A stretch of DNA of 64,000 nucleotides, taken from contig CAYIFB010000005.1 in NCBI GenBank assembly GCA_964362665.1, positions 2,556-66,555 of the forward strand. Direction: 5' to 3'. The notes under the pieces are model-generated. The model saw only the letters and a program-made list of their open reading frames with translations. It was not told the DNA's origin and did not search any database. Below are positions 9,842 through 20,258 of the stretch, one piece after another; positions within the stretch are counted from its first letter, which is position 1, and each line of letters opens with the position of its first letter. Both the position numbers and the translations under genes were made by a program. The DNA comes from an uncultured Gammaproteobacteria bacterium (lineage in GTDB: Bacteria; Patescibacteriota; Microgenomatia; 2-02-FULL-39-11).

Positions 9842-11509
9842 AATATAGAGAGTGACATCGTTCTGATCATAGATTGGTTGAAGAAGATTCGGATATAGAT
9901 AAGAATTGTATATAGGCTTTTCTTCCGGGCCTTGGAAAATAAGAGTAACTTTATTGTTCTTAATAAGATTTTTAACCTCTTCCATCGGCATTTTTCCAGT
10001 AAAGAATTTTTCGGTAAGTTTTCTTTTATCTTCCATATTATATGTATAGCCGTCATGGCCTATAAAACTGGTAGTGTGGGTGAAGGCGGGCAGGTAGTTG
10101 CCGGTATAAAAGGTAGATAGAGTAATAGTTTTTGACGGAAAGTTATTATTGATAAAGTCAAAGACATTATTCAGTCTGTTATCCAGATAAACATTGCCGA
10201 ATATTGGCCAGTATTCCTGAATTTGGGATTTTATACTCCAAGCAAGAGTTGGATAGGTAAAAATAATAAAAATAACACACACACAAATCCTGACTATAGG
10301 AAAGTTAAAATTAATTTTTTTACTGCCGGCTGATTTAATAATGGTGGGTATGATCTTAGATGAAGAGATTAAATTCTCAAGAAAAATTATGCCATAACTT
10401 CCCAATATGGCTAAAGTTAGATATGGAATACCCTGAATCAACCGGACATTGGAGATGCCCATTTGACGGGCAAAGGGAATCAAAAGCAGGGGAAAAATAA
10501 ACCAGGAAACAAGAAACGTGTCTCTAAACTTATTATTACGAAGGAGCTTCACAATTCCCAACAGAGCTAGAGGCAGCAGCATACCGAAGGCAAAGGGGAG
10601 TTCTTGTATGAGCGGAAATTGCTGTCCCTTTTCCCAGTTAAAGGGTTTGCTCCAAATTACGGAACTGTTGCCCTGTGAGGCGATGACATAAACCAAGATG
10701 ATATTTATCACCCAAAAAAGCATGAGATATAAAAACATTTGATAATTATTTTTAAAGAAGTCGCCCTTGATCTTTTTATAGTTTTGCAGAAAAAAAACTA
10801 TTCCGGACGCTGGCAGGGTAATAAGTAATATCAGCATGCTGGGCGGATGTACCAGCGTCAGTGGTATAGAGAGAAGCATAGCTAAAAATACCAGATACGG
10901 TTTCTGGTTTTTTATAAAATTCAGAAGAAGCAGAATTATCATGATTAAAAGTATCCCGGCCAACATATGGTGGGGAAGGTAAGCTGCTCTTCTTATGGGA
11001 TCAACCGCCGTCCACCAGTACATGTATGGCGTTGTGATGAATTTAGCCCCGTCCGGTATTTTGTGCATTAAAGGCGCAGCAAAAAGAAAAAAGAAATAAG
11101 TAAGTTTAGGATATGGGGCTTTAATAAAATATAAAAAATAAAAAATTAAAGATAAAAATATTATGCTTAATAAGATTCTTAATACTTGATAAGTGACAGC
11201 GAAAGAAAGATGCAACAGACTGCTCAATTTTCCCAGCCAGACGAAATAAGCAAAGATGACGGTTGGAGGATGAAATTCCGAGGTGTAGGGATTACTTGTT
11301 AGCCAAGCGCCCTGAGCTCCTTCATTCATCAGCGACTGGTAGAAATAGAAATCCTGGACGTTGTTATGGATAAGGCCAAAGGTACGACCGGCAGGCGCAT
11401 GTTTAATCTGTAAAATTAAAGGAGTGAGATTCAGTCCTAAAATAACAACTGTCGTGACAGTAAAAAATAATATGTCTTTAATTTTTAATTTTAAATTTTC
11501 AATTTTCAT
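9830..11509 (-). CDS. GT-C-like polytopic membrane glycosyltransferase, paralog family member 2
   Basis: Same family motifs: 'HNNVQDFYFYQS', 'RAAYLPHHML' and C-terminal 'GNYLPAFTHTTSFIGH...FFTGKMP'. Convergent 12-nt overlap with the previous gene. Confidence 0.6.
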   Translation of the reverse strand: MKIENLKLKIKDILFFTVTTVVILGLNLTPLILQIKHAPAGRTFGLIHNNVQDFYFYQSLMNEGAQGAWLTSNPYTSEFHPPTVIFAYFVWLGKLSSLLHLSFAVTYQVLRILLSIIFLSLIFYFLYFIKAPYPKLTYFFFLFAAPLMHKIPDGAKFITTPYMYWWTAVDPIRRAAYLPHHMLAGILLIMIILLLLNFIKNQKPYLVFLAMLLSIPLTLVHPPSMLILLITLPASGIVFFLQNYKKIKGDFFKNNYQMFLYLMLFWVINIILVYVIASQGNSSVIWSKPFNWEKGQQFPLIQELPFAFGMLLPLALLGIVKLLRNNKFRDTFLVSWFIFPLLLIPFARQMGISNVRLIQGIPYLTLAILGSYGIIFLENLISSSKIIPTIIKSAGSKKINFNFPIVRICVCVIFIIFTYPTLAWSIKSQIQEYWPIFGNVYLDNRLNNVFDFINNNFPSKTITLSTFYTGNYLPAFTHTTSFIGHDGYTYNMEDKRKLTEKFFTGKMPMEEVKNLIKNNKVTLIFQGPEEKPIYNSYLYPNLLQPIYDQNDVTLYILKP

Positions 11510-11575
11510 CGAATTTTCAATAATTAAATAGAAATTAAGAATTAGAAATTAGATATTAATTTAATAATTACTATC

Positions 11576-11604
11576 TTACAATAATTTTTAAAATTTGCTA
11601 TGAT
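11576..11604 (+). promoter_or_regulatory. candidate sigma70-type promoter for the GT2 gene at 11617
   Basis: TTACAA, a 17-nt AT-rich spacer, then TATGAT, ending 12 nt before the ATG. It lies in a roughly 100-nt AT-rich divergent intergenic region. Confidence 0.35.
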
Positions 11605-11616
11605 CACGATCGAAAT

Positions 11617-12399
11617 ATGACCTTAAAAAAACCCTCGATCTCTATTTTTTTCCCCTTTCTCAACGATTGGGGGACGGTAGGCAGTCTGATAGGTTTAACA
11701 ATTGATACAGTTCAAAAGTATACAGATAACTGGGAAGTGTTAATTATAAATGACGGAAGCAGAAAAGAAGACAGGGAAGCGTTAGAGATGATTATTAATT
11801 CCTTTACGAGGTTGCACCTCGTACGAGGTGCAACCTCTCGGGAAAGAATAAGAATAATTGATCACAAAGAAAACAGAGGATATGGCGGGGCTTTAATCAG
11901 CGGATTTAAGGAAGCTAAAAAGGAACTTATTTTTTATACCGACTGTGACGCTCAATACGACCCAAGGGAATTATCCCGACTTCTGCAAAAACTAGATAAT
12001 AGCACGGGAATGGTCAACGGATATAAGATTAAAAGAAACGATCCGTGGTTTAGAATTATAGCCGGAAGGGTTTATCATTATCTAGTCAAGTTTGCCTTTC
12101 AATTGCCGATTCGTGATACAGATTGCGATTTCAGACTCATCCGCAAAAGTGTTTTTAATCCTTCGGCCAGCTCAGGACGCACCGGCGTGCGGCTCTATGA
12201 AAATTCAGGTACGATCTGTGTAGAACTCGTCAAAAAAATAGATCATTTTGGCTATAAAATTAAAGAAGTGCCGGTACACCATTTCTGGCGGACATCCGGC
12301 AAAAGCCAGTTTTTTAATGTTGCACGACTCTACAAAACAGGTGTAAATCTTTTGAAGCTCTGGTGGAAACTAATAATAAAAAAAGAGTATTATTCATGA
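11617..12399 (+). CDS. GT2 family glycosyltransferase, dolichyl/polyprenyl-phosphate sugar synthase (DPM1-like)
   Basis: 'LIINDGSRKED', 'ENRGYGGAL', 'FYTDCDAQYDP' (DxD region). Size and motif order are typical of DPM1/GtrB-like GT2 enzymes. Confidence 0.75.
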   Translation: MTLKKPSISIFFPFLNDWGTVGSLIGLTIDTVQKYTDNWEVLIINDGSRKEDREALEMIINSFTRLHLVRGATSRERIRIIDHKENRGYGGALISGFKEAKKELIFYTDCDAQYDPRELSRLLQKLDNSTGMVNGYKIKRNDPWFRIIAGRVYHYLVKFAFQLPIRDTDCDFRLIRKSVFNPSASSGRTGVRLYENSGTICVELVKKIDHFGYKIKEVPVHHFWRTSGKSQFFNVARLYKTGVNLLKLWWKLIIKKEYYS

Positions 12400-13571
12400 G
12401 TATATTTTCAAAGAAAAAACTTAAATATTTTTCCTTCATAGTCATACTAATACTTCTTTTCTCAGAATTACTGGTGAGATTTTTCAAGCCTCAAATTACT
12501 TATACCGACGCTTTCAAATTTGCCATGAATTGTTTAACAAAAGACGACCTGCTCCCTTTTTCTTTAATACCGGGATTCAAAAATTGCAGCATGGTGAATC
12601 AGGACGGCGATTTTTCTACAACCGCAAATATAAACAGCCTGGGATACCGGGGGAAAGATTTTTTGGAAAAAAAGGTTGCGGGAAGCAAAAGAATTCTAGT
12701 ATTAGGCGATTCTATCACTTTCGGAATTGGCGTCCCCGATGATAAAACGTATCCGTATCTTCTTGAAGAAAAGCTCAAAAGTGAGAAAAAAGTGGAAGTC
12801 ATTAACGCAGGATACACCGATGGGTTTTCACCTGACAGTTATTACGTTTACCTGAAGAATATGGGAGAAAAACTTAAACCGGATATCATTATTCTTGGTT
12901 TTTTCGTCTGGAATGATATAAGCGATATATCAGAAACAGTTTGGGAAAAAACCGATCCGCTAGGCCTTCCGGAAAAAGTGATTTCCTGCTGTCGCCGGAT
13001 AGTCGACGGCTATCTGCAGCGCAACAATATCAACTTCAAATATCAATTACCGATTCTGCGGCAATCGCATCTTTATTTGACGGTAATTGAAGAGTTACCA
13101 AAAAAATTTAATTTATTTCAGGAAAAACAAGGTTCAGTTCCTAAAAGAGATTTACTGCAAGGGTGCGTTCTCAACCCAAGCTGTATCGATAATTTTCATG
13201 ACGAAGAAGAAAAGACCTACAAATTGCTTGAAGCCATCGATAAATATGCTTCGTGGATCGGGAGTAAATTCTTATTGGTTATTTTTCCGGTCGACCTGCA
13301 ATATTATCCGGATCGGGCCGGCAAATACGTATCAACCTGGTTTCCTGATCCGAAGGAGAGAGATTTTATCCAAAACAGAATGAAGAAAAGACTGAACAGT
13401 TTGGGAATTAAGTATCTTGATTTATATGATGTCTTCGATAAAGAAAAAGATAAAATTAACCCTTTTTTCATCCATGATGCACATCTCAATATTCAGGGAC
13501 ATGAAATTGCTGCGCGGGAAATTGCCAATTACCTGCAATCTTATAAATTATTGGATCCTGATAAACAATAA
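12396..13571 (+). CDS. SGNH/GDSL-family hydrolase with N-terminal membrane anchor
   Basis: 'ILVLGDSITFGIGV' (GDS(L) block I) and C-terminal 'FIHDAHLNIQGHEI' (DxxH block V). ATGA start/stop overlap with the upstream GT2 gene. An earlier Met at 12363 is possible. Confidence 0.65.
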   Translation: MSIFSKKKLKYFSFIVILILLFSELLVRFFKPQITYTDAFKFAMNCLTKDDLLPFSLIPGFKNCSMVNQDGDFSTTANINSLGYRGKDFLEKKVAGSKRILVLGDSITFGIGVPDDKTYPYLLEEKLKSEKKVEVINAGYTDGFSPDSYYVYLKNMGEKLKPDIIILGFFVWNDISDISETVWEKTDPLGLPEKVISCCRRIVDGYLQRNNINFKYQLPILRQSHLYLTVIEELPKKFNLFQEKQGSVPKRDLLQGCVLNPSCIDNFHDEEEKTYKLLEAIDKYASWIGSKFLLVIFPVDLQYYPDRAGKYVSTWFPDPKERDFIQNRMKKRLNSLGIKYLDLYDVFDKEKDKINPFFIHDAHLNIQGHEIAAREIANYLQSYKLLDPDKQ

Positions 13572-13591
13572 ACGGCACACTGCAAATAATA

Positions 13592-15676
13592 TCAAATCCT
13601 GCTTTTCTCCCAGACATCTAAAAAGCCATAAGTACCTGATCTTCTGTAGTTTTTCTGTAAGTAATCAAAGATTAAGGGGAAAAATTTATCTTTTGCTGCA
13701 CTATTTGCTTCATAAGAGATATAAGCGAGCGCGTCAGTATCTGTATAAACGGTTTGAGGGTTGAGTTTTTTTAAATTCTGAAGAAGATTGACATCCTGAG
13801 AGATAGTGAGTACAAGCTGGGAATTACTAAGGGGCAAGGCGTTGGTTTTACCGGATTTTATCAGAATTATCGCATCATAATAAGACAAGACAGTCACTTT
13901 ATTGTTTGACGTTTCTCTTTTCTTAATATATGCGGAAGCATCATTGATGCCGTTAAATATTTTTTCCGAAGCATACCGGTCAGCTTCAATACTTGGCCAG
14001 TATTGATGTTCGTGATTTACGATAATCCGGAAAAAGTAAACGGTGATACTGAAGGTTACAATACTGCATAAAATTAAGTAGGGAGCAAAAATTGTGAGTC
14101 TCGATAGGGAAAATGCATGCGAATCCCTGTTTTTTAATGAGAAATGAAACAGTTCCTGAAAAAGATTCACCATTAATATGATTGCAGGAATAGAGACAAT
14201 GGCTAAATTAAGAATATAAGGACTTTTGACGTAATACATGTATATCATCAGGCCGTAGACGGCAAAACTTATTTTCCACAATGCATTGTTCTCATTCCAT
14301 TTATAAATATACGAAAGACATGATTTTATCAAAACGATTAAGTAGATGGCCAAAGTTATGAGGTGTAATCCGATTACAGGTGGCGGATCACCTCCGGCAA
14401 AGCCTTTACTGAAAATACGAATATAAAACATGAGGGAAGACCAGTCCGGATATTTACCGGACACAAATTTTGCATAAAGACTATAGAGAAAACCTAGAAT
14501 AATAATATAAATAATTATCGTCAAAACTGATTTGAATATATTAAATCCTTTAACAATTAAGCTATTATCTTTACCTAGCCAAAAATCGTGAAGTGATTTA
14601 TAAACCAGATAACTGATGATGATAGAAGTTCCGGCTTCCAAATTATAGAAAAAAGCTACTGCCGCCAAAAAAGGAAGGAAATACCCCAGCCATTTTTTTG
14701 GGGTATTATCATAAAGAAGAAGCAGAAAAAAGAAGGGAAGATCCATGAGGTATCTGAGGGGAAAAACCTGTGGACGGGTATAGCGGTCAAATGTTGAGTA
14801 AAAATGAAGCGTAAACATAACTATAAGACCTATTAACGCCCAGACGTTGCTTTTGGTAAAAATCTTAAGTTCCAAATAGGCAAAAACGTAGTATATAATT
14901 CCGACAACCACCATCAGATAAAAGAAATTCGGGATGGAAAGGGGAATTAACTTGAATATCCAGGCAAAGAAATAAGGAAGAAGTAGGCCGTATTGTGAAT
15001 AAGCGTCTACTAATATAACTTTTCCCATGAGAATATCATTGATTGATCCTATGAACGGTGCTGTATGCAAATAAGCCCCGGGATATCCGGTAAAATAATA
15101 TTTTTCATCTATAATTCTGTCAAAAAGAGTAATGACGATCAGGATGATTGAAACGAGCGGAAGATAATTATAGATAGTTCGAAGTGCCGACGATAAAATG
15201 GGATGTAACCGGCGATTGAAATATAAAGATATAAAGAAAAAAGTCCCGATTAAAAATGCGGTGATTTGAAGCGGATGAAAGATGATGGGATCAAGTTTAA
15301 AAATGTAATAATACTCATTTATTATGGCACGGCCATAATATAAAATAAGATAATAGCTCATCGAAAGGATTTCTATACTCAAGAGAGAAAGCGGAATTAA
15401 AAAAAAACGCTTTAATCTGATGATTTTCTGAATCAACCTGCGGGAGGAAATAAACAGTAAGATTGTGATGAAAGGAATTCCAACTGCAACGATAGAATAG
15501 TAAACCAGTTTATAGCTTTGAGGGATGAAGTTTGTTCTATAAGCAGGCACAATATCTTCAAGTCCGGAAACGGGAGCAGGATTTATATGCAATTGACTAA
15601 AAATTAGTATGGTAAATACCACTGCGATGAGAAAGCTGTAAAAAAATCTAAGATAGTAGTAGAAAAACTTGCCCAT
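13592..15676 (-). CDS. large polytopic membrane protein, possible glycan polymerase or GT-C-like enzyme
   Basis: 694 aa with more than 15 hydrophobic helices. No soluble domain recognised. Confidence 0.4.
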   Translation of the reverse strand: MGKFFYYYLRFFYSFLIAVVFTILIFSQLHINPAPVSGLEDIVPAYRTNFIPQSYKLVYYSIVAVGIPFITILLFISSRRLIQKIIRLKRFFLIPLSLLSIEILSMSYYLILYYGRAIINEYYYIFKLDPIIFHPLQITAFLIGTFFFISLYFNRRLHPILSSALRTIYNYLPLVSIILIVITLFDRIIDEKYYFTGYPGAYLHTAPFIGSINDILMGKVILVDAYSQYGLLLPYFFAWIFKLIPLSIPNFFYLMVVVGIIYYVFAYLELKIFTKSNVWALIGLIVMFTLHFYSTFDRYTRPQVFPLRYLMDLPFFFLLLLYDNTPKKWLGYFLPFLAAVAFFYNLEAGTSIIISYLVYKSLHDFWLGKDNSLIVKGFNIFKSVLTIIIYIIILGFLYSLYAKFVSGKYPDWSSLMFYIRIFSKGFAGGDPPPVIGLHLITLAIYLIVLIKSCLSYIYKWNENNALWKISFAVYGLMIYMYYVKSPYILNLAIVSIPAIILMVNLFQELFHFSLKNRDSHAFSLSRLTIFAPYLILCSIVTFSITVYFFRIIVNHEHQYWPSIEADRYASEKIFNGINDASAYIKKRETSNNKVTVLSYYDAIILIKSGKTNALPLSNSQLVLTISQDVNLLQNLKKLNPQTVYTDTDALAYISYEANSAAKDKFFPLIFDYLQKNYRRSGTYGFLDVWEKSRI

Positions 15677-15715
15677 GAGATTTATTTTACTTTATTCCAG
15701 GTCAAGAAAAAATAT

Positions 15716-16978
15716 ATGAATTTAATAATTTTCTTTGCTGCCGGGATTTTGTACCGTTTATGGTTAATTCATCTCGTTCCTCAGCCGTTTGTCTATGATC
15801 AGAACCAATATTTATCAGTTGCCTGGGGCATCCTGCAATACGGGTTGTATGCGGATTATTCAAGGCTGTATGGTTATGGACTCTTAATTGCGCCTTTCAT
15901 CAAAATCTTTGGTTTATCAAATCCATTTCCCTGGCAGTTGTTTCAGGCAATTCTTGACACCCTTAGCGCTTTTTTGGTTTATTATATCGGTAAGAAGATT
16001 TTTAAGACGGAAAGAGCAGCTTTTTGGGGATTTATACTTTATCTGTTTAATCCTTTTACTTCTGCCTACGTAGGAGTGATGCTGACAGAGATAGCTGCAA
16101 TATTTTTCATGGTACTGGTGTTTTTTATTTATTTACGTTTTTTAGAAACCAGAAAAATATCTCTGCTTTTGCTCCTCGGTTTCATACTTGGATATTTCGT
16201 CCAGGTGAGGCCAAGTTTTTTGTATTTTACGATTTTTTTTCTAATATGGCTTATATTTCTGATTTTTAAAATTATAAAACCGAATAAACATAAGGCTTTA
16301 CTTTGTATTATTTTACCCATAATTTATTTAATACCTTTTTCATACAATATTGCGGCAAATTATAAAACTTTTCATCAATTTGCAATGTTGTCTGTTGACA
16401 AGTTTTTCTTTCGGGATGTCTATGTCAGCTTAATAGTTGACAGGGTACCACGCACATCCAGCGATCCTTATTATTTTTGGTCGGGAGAAGCATTGTATGT
16501 TTGGGGTGTGTTTTCGACGCCAAAAACTGTAATCGAAAGGCAAAATATGGCAGATAAGTATTTTCAACTTGGAATGGCAATCATAAAGAAAGACCCCATA
16601 AAATTTATCGTTTCAAGGGCCAAAAAAATGCAATATGTCTGGGAGAAGCATTATCTCTTTCCATATAAAATGGAATCTACAAATCCCATTATTAATTTTC
16701 TCGTGTATTGGATTAACGTCTGCTTTTTAGTTTTGACTCTATTTGGACTCATTATGTTTTTCAGGAAAAGAAAAAATGAAAAATCTTGGGCGGAAAAGCA
16801 GTCGATATATATAGTTATTTTTATCTTGATGTATATTACATTTGCCCATATGTTTAGCACCGGTGAAGAAAGGTTTTCACTGCCGGCTTACACTTTTGTT
16901 TTTATGTTTGCGGGTTTTGGATTATATACATTGCAAAATCGGTGGTTGGGTAGATATAATATACTTCTTTTATTATAA
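15716..16978 (+). CDS. GT-C-like (PMT/ArnT-type) membrane glycosyltransferase
   Basis: N-terminal 'RLWLIHLVPQPFVYDQNQYLSVAWG' resembles the first-loop acidic motif of the PMT_2/ArnT family. Multi-TM throughout. Confidence 0.5.
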   Translation: MNLIIFFAAGILYRLWLIHLVPQPFVYDQNQYLSVAWGILQYGLYADYSRLYGYGLLIAPFIKIFGLSNPFPWQLFQAILDTLSAFLVYYIGKKIFKTERAAFWGFILYLFNPFTSAYVGVMLTEIAAIFFMVLVFFIYLRFLETRKISLLLLLGFILGYFVQVRPSFLYFTIFFLIWLIFLIFKIIKPNKHKALLCIILPIIYLIPFSYNIAANYKTFHQFAMLSVDKFFFRDVYVSLIVDRVPRTSSDPYYFWSGEALYVWGVFSTPKTVIERQNMADKYFQLGMAIIKKDPIKFIVSRAKKMQYVWEKHYLFPYKMESTNPIINFLVYWINVCFLVLTLFGLIMFFRKRKNEKSWAEKQSIYIVIFILMYITFAHMFSTGEERFSLPAYTFVFMFAGFGLYTLQNRWLGRYNILLLL

Positions 16979-17046
16979 TTTGGAATCAGCATATACTCTT
17001 CTAAACTGTCCCTCGCTATCGCTCGGGATCGAGTAAGAAGAGTATA
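16961..17046 (+). repeat. family C repeat (~86 bp) copy 1, overlapping the last codons of the upstream gene and the 5' leader of 17059
   Basis: atacttcttttattataatttggaatcagcatatactcttctaaactgtccctcgctatcgctcgggatcgagtaagaagagtata. Near-identical to 17727-17812 and to the reverse complement of 29346-29432. Has terminal inverted repeats atacttctt / aagaagagtat. Confidence 0.65.
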
Positions 17047-17058
17047 ATTAAAAATTTT

Positions 17059-17715
17059 ATGGCAGAAGTAAACCTTCTTAAAAACTATCCGAGCGTCAAA
17101 AGAAATATTTCCCAGAGAGCAATAAATAAAACTGAGAGTATCCGGGCAGTTGCCCGAAAATTCGGTAAAGAATATTTTGACGGGGAGAGGAAATATGGCT
17201 ATGGCGGATTTAATTATCACCCGCGTTTCTGGCAGGGAGTGGCGCAGGATTTTCAAGAATATTATCACTTAACTGCAAAAAGCAGTATTTTGGATGTGGG
17301 TTGCGCTAAAGGCTTCATGATGCATGATTTTGCGGGTTTGTTTCCGGGAATTCAGATTACAGGCATCGATATTTCAGAGTATGCCGTGCGTCATGCGCTT
17401 GAAGATATGAAATCCCGTATAAGAGTGGGGAACGCTAAAAAATTACCCTACCAGGATAAATCATTTGATTTGGTCATCTCCATAAATACAATTCATAATC
17501 TTGCGCTTGATGAATGCAAACAAGCGCTTCGTGAGATACAAAGGGTGAAAAAAAAGCACAGCTTTATCACGGTTGATGCATACCGAAACAGTGAAGAGAA
17601 AAAAAGACTGGAAGCATGGAATTTGACAGCCTTAACTTATATGTCTGTACCAGAATGGGTCAAGCTATTTCATGAAGTCGGATATACCGGCGACTATTGG
17701 TGGTTTATTCCATAA
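17059..17715 (+). CDS. class I SAM-dependent methyltransferase
   Basis: Motif I 'ILDVGCAKGFMM'. Motif post-I acidic residue 'ITGIDIS'. Confidence 0.75.
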   Translation: MAEVNLLKNYPSVKRNISQRAINKTESIRAVARKFGKEYFDGERKYGYGGFNYHPRFWQGVAQDFQEYYHLTAKSSILDVGCAKGFMMHDFAGLFPGIQITGIDISEYAVRHALEDMKSRIRVGNAKKLPYQDKSFDLVISINTIHNLALDECKQALREIQRVKKKHSFITVDAYRNSEEKKRLEAWNLTALTYMSVPEWVKLFHEVGYTGDYWWFIP

Positions 17716-17726
17716 ATATTCATGAT

Positions 17727-17812
17727 ATACTTCTTTAATTATAATTTGGAATCAGTATTTACTCTTCTAGACCGTCCCTCGTTATCACTCGGGATCTAGT
17801 AAGAAGGGTATA
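17727..17812 (+). repeat. family C repeat copy 2 (5' leader of 17814)
   Basis: atacttctttaattataatttggaatcagtatttactcttctagaccgtccctcgttatcactcgggatctagtaagaagggtata. Confidence 0.65.
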
Positions 17813-17813
17813 T

Positions 17814-18488
17814 ATGAAGAAAAAATTAAAACAAACAGATGCTTACCGTTTAGGAACAGAGTACCAATTTATCAACCCCATCCCGATGGGACCATGGACT
17901 TCATACAGTCTTCTGAATGATCCTATCCATATGTCATTTGTCCTGGCCCGCTATAAATTTTGTGCCAGAATGCTTAGCGGTAAAAAGATGGTTTTGGAAG
18001 TTGGGTGCGGAGACGCTCCCGGGACGCCAATTGTGGCAGAATTTACCGGTAAAGTTATTGCAGTTGATGTTGAAAAAAGGCTAATTGACTCTGACAGAAA
18101 GCGGCTGCGGGATGTCAAAAATATAGAGTTCAGGGTGCATGATATCTGTAAGGATGCACCCTATGAGAGATTTGATGCAGTATATTCGATCGACGTCATC
18201 GAACATCTAGACACAAAGCTAAATATCCCTTTTATGGAAAATTCCGTTAAAAGCCTGCAAAAGCACGGAATTTGTATTATAGGTACACCAAATATTAAAG
18301 CAAACCAATATGCCTCTGAAAGAAGCAGAGTACAGCATATTAATCTTTTCAGCCATAAGTCTTTACATGACCACCTCTCCCGTTACTTTAATAATGTCTT
18401 CATGTTTTCGATGAGTGATGAAGTAATACATACAGGGTATGGAAATATGGCGCATTATTTATTCGGTATGGGCGTCGGGGTAAAATGA
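17814..18488 (+). CDS. class I SAM-dependent methyltransferase
   Basis: 'MVLEVGCGDAPGT' motif I. 'VIAVDVE' motif II. Confidence 0.7.
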   Translation: MKKKLKQTDAYRLGTEYQFINPIPMGPWTSYSLLNDPIHMSFVLARYKFCARMLSGKKMVLEVGCGDAPGTPIVAEFTGKVIAVDVEKRLIDSDRKRLRDVKNIEFRVHDICKDAPYERFDAVYSIDVIEHLDTKLNIPFMENSVKSLQKHGICIIGTPNIKANQYASERSRVQHINLFSHKSLHDHLSRYFNNVFMFSMSDEVIHTGYGNMAHYLFGMGVGVK

Positions 18489-20254
18489 AACTTGCAGATT
18501 ATGTAGCCGAATATTTAGTTTCTCAGGGCATAAAACACGTTTTTGTTGTCTCGGGCGGAGCGGCAATACACATGATTGATTCCGTCGCCCGAAACCCAAA
18601 AATTGACTATATTTGTTCCCAGCACGAACAGCACTCAGGGGCCGAAGCGGATGGATATAGCCGCATAAGCAATAATTTGGGTGCGGTGATAGTCACCAGC
18701 GGCCCGGGTGGAACTAATCTGGCAACGAGTATTGCTAATGCATATTATGACTCAATCCCCATAATTTTTTTATGCGGTCAGGTATCAACCTTCAGGTTAA
18801 AGAAAAACCCGGGACTTCGCCAAAAAGGATTTCAGGAGACAGATATTGTCGGGATGTTTAAACCTATCACCAAGTATGCCTCACAATTATTGGATTCTTC
18901 AGATATAGGATATGAACTGGAAAAAGCCACATACTTTGCCCGTGAGGGAAGGCCGGGACCTGTGGTTTTGGACATTCCGGATGATTTATCCAGAAGCGAA
19001 ATTGACCCTAAAAAGATAAAACACTTCCACCCTCCAAAAACTAAAAAAATAATAAAGAGTAATTTAATTACCCAAATAAAAGATTTAGACAGGTTAATTC
19101 AGGCTTCTTCTCGTCCTGTTTTGATTGTAGGAGCCGGTGTTGGAATTGCTGATTCCCGCCGGGAGGCTATAAGATTCGCAGAGTTTTACCATTTGCCTTG
19201 TGCCCATACCTTTGGGGGAGCGGATATTATGCCGTCTTCTCATAAATTAAATATAGGTACGATCGGAGTCTGTGGTCCAAGATCCGGAAATTTTGCCCTG
19301 CAGACATCAGATTTAATTATTGCAATCGGTACCCGACTTTCTCCGATGGTGACAGGCGGTAAGCCGAATCTATTTGCGCCGCACGCTAAAAAGGTAATGA
19401 TTGATATTGACCCTGAGGAGTTTATTAAATTTACCAAGCAGGAGTTTATACTGGATCTGGCAATCCGGACCGATGCAAAGAATTTTTTTGCAGTTTGGGA
19501 AAAACAGTTTAATAAAAAAATAAAGAATAAATTATTTGATAAATGGTTGAATAAAATTAAGATTTGGGAAGATAAATATCCGATTTGCCCAGCCTCCTAT
19601 TTTGCCAGTAAAAAGCAGATACAGCCTCACGTATTCATTAAAGAACTTGCCAAACTGGCTAAACAGGGCGACGTGATAGTAGGCGATACCGGAGCTAATT
19701 TATGCTGGTTGCTTCAAGCTTGGGAGACAAAAAAGGATCAGAGAATCATATCAGCCTGGAGTCACACTCCAATGGGTTATGCTCTTCCGGCCTCGATTGG
19801 GGCTGCTTTTACAACACATAAAAACATTCTTTGTCTTATTGGAGACGGCGGGCTTATGATGTGTCTTCAGGAATTGGCCACAGTGATTCGCTACCATATC
19901 CCGATTAAAATATTTATTTTCAATAATCACGGACATAGTATTCAGAAACAGACGCTTGAAACCTGGCTCAAAGGGCGATTTTCGGCAGTAGACGTTCCCA
20001 GCGGTTTATCTTTCCCGGATTTTCAGAAAGTCGCAAAGGCCTTCGGGATATCTACTCTGACTCTTGACCGTCATCAAGATCTTAGTAAAAAACTGTTACG
20101 GATTTTATCCATGAGAGGTCCAGTGCTTGTGAACGTGGAGATTGATCCTGACGCGAGAATTGTACCTATGCTGAAATTTGGCGCCGGACTTGAAAACATG
20201 GATCCAAAACTTCCAGAAGAAGAACTCTCATCACTAATGGGTGTTTTAAACTGA
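18485..20254 (+). CDS. ThDP-dependent enzyme of the acetolactate-synthase large-subunit family (YerE-like sugar branching enzyme candidate)
   Basis: N-terminal Pyr domain ('HVFVVSGGAAIHMIDS...GPGGTNLATSIANAY') and C-terminal PP domain with 'GDGGLMM...NN' ThDP-binding motif. The ATGA overlap with the upstream methyltransferase suggests operonic arrangement. Confidence 0.8.
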   Translation: MKLADYVAEYLVSQGIKHVFVVSGGAAIHMIDSVARNPKIDYICSQHEQHSGAEADGYSRISNNLGAVIVTSGPGGTNLATSIANAYYDSIPIIFLCGQVSTFRLKKNPGLRQKGFQETDIVGMFKPITKYASQLLDSSDIGYELEKATYFAREGRPGPVVLDIPDDLSRSEIDPKKIKHFHPPKTKKIIKSNLITQIKDLDRLIQASSRPVLIVGAGVGIADSRREAIRFAEFYHLPCAHTFGGADIMPSSHKLNIGTIGVCGPRSGNFALQTSDLIIAIGTRLSPMVTGGKPNLFAPHAKKVMIDIDPEEFIKFTKQEFILDLAIRTDAKNFFAVWEKQFNKKIKNKLFDKWLNKIKIWEDKYPICPASYFASKKQIQPHVFIKELAKLAKQGDVIVGDTGANLCWLLQAWETKKDQRIISAWSHTPMGYALPASIGAAFTTHKNILCLIGDGGLMMCLQELATVIRYHIPIKIFIFNNHGHSIQKQTLETWLKGRFSAVDVPSGLSFPDFQKVAKAFGISTLTLDRHQDLSKKLLRILSMRGPVLVNVEIDPDARIVPMLKFGAGLENMDPKLPEEELSSLMGVLN

Positions 20255-20258
20255 TCAT

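Noticed and set aside
11510-11616. AT-rich tandem-like sequence (gaaattaagaattagaaattagatattaatttaataatt)
   Set aside because: Short imperfect direct repeats in an AT-rich divergent promoter region. Probably promoter or UP-element context, not a mobile element. Only the -35/-10 candidate is reported.
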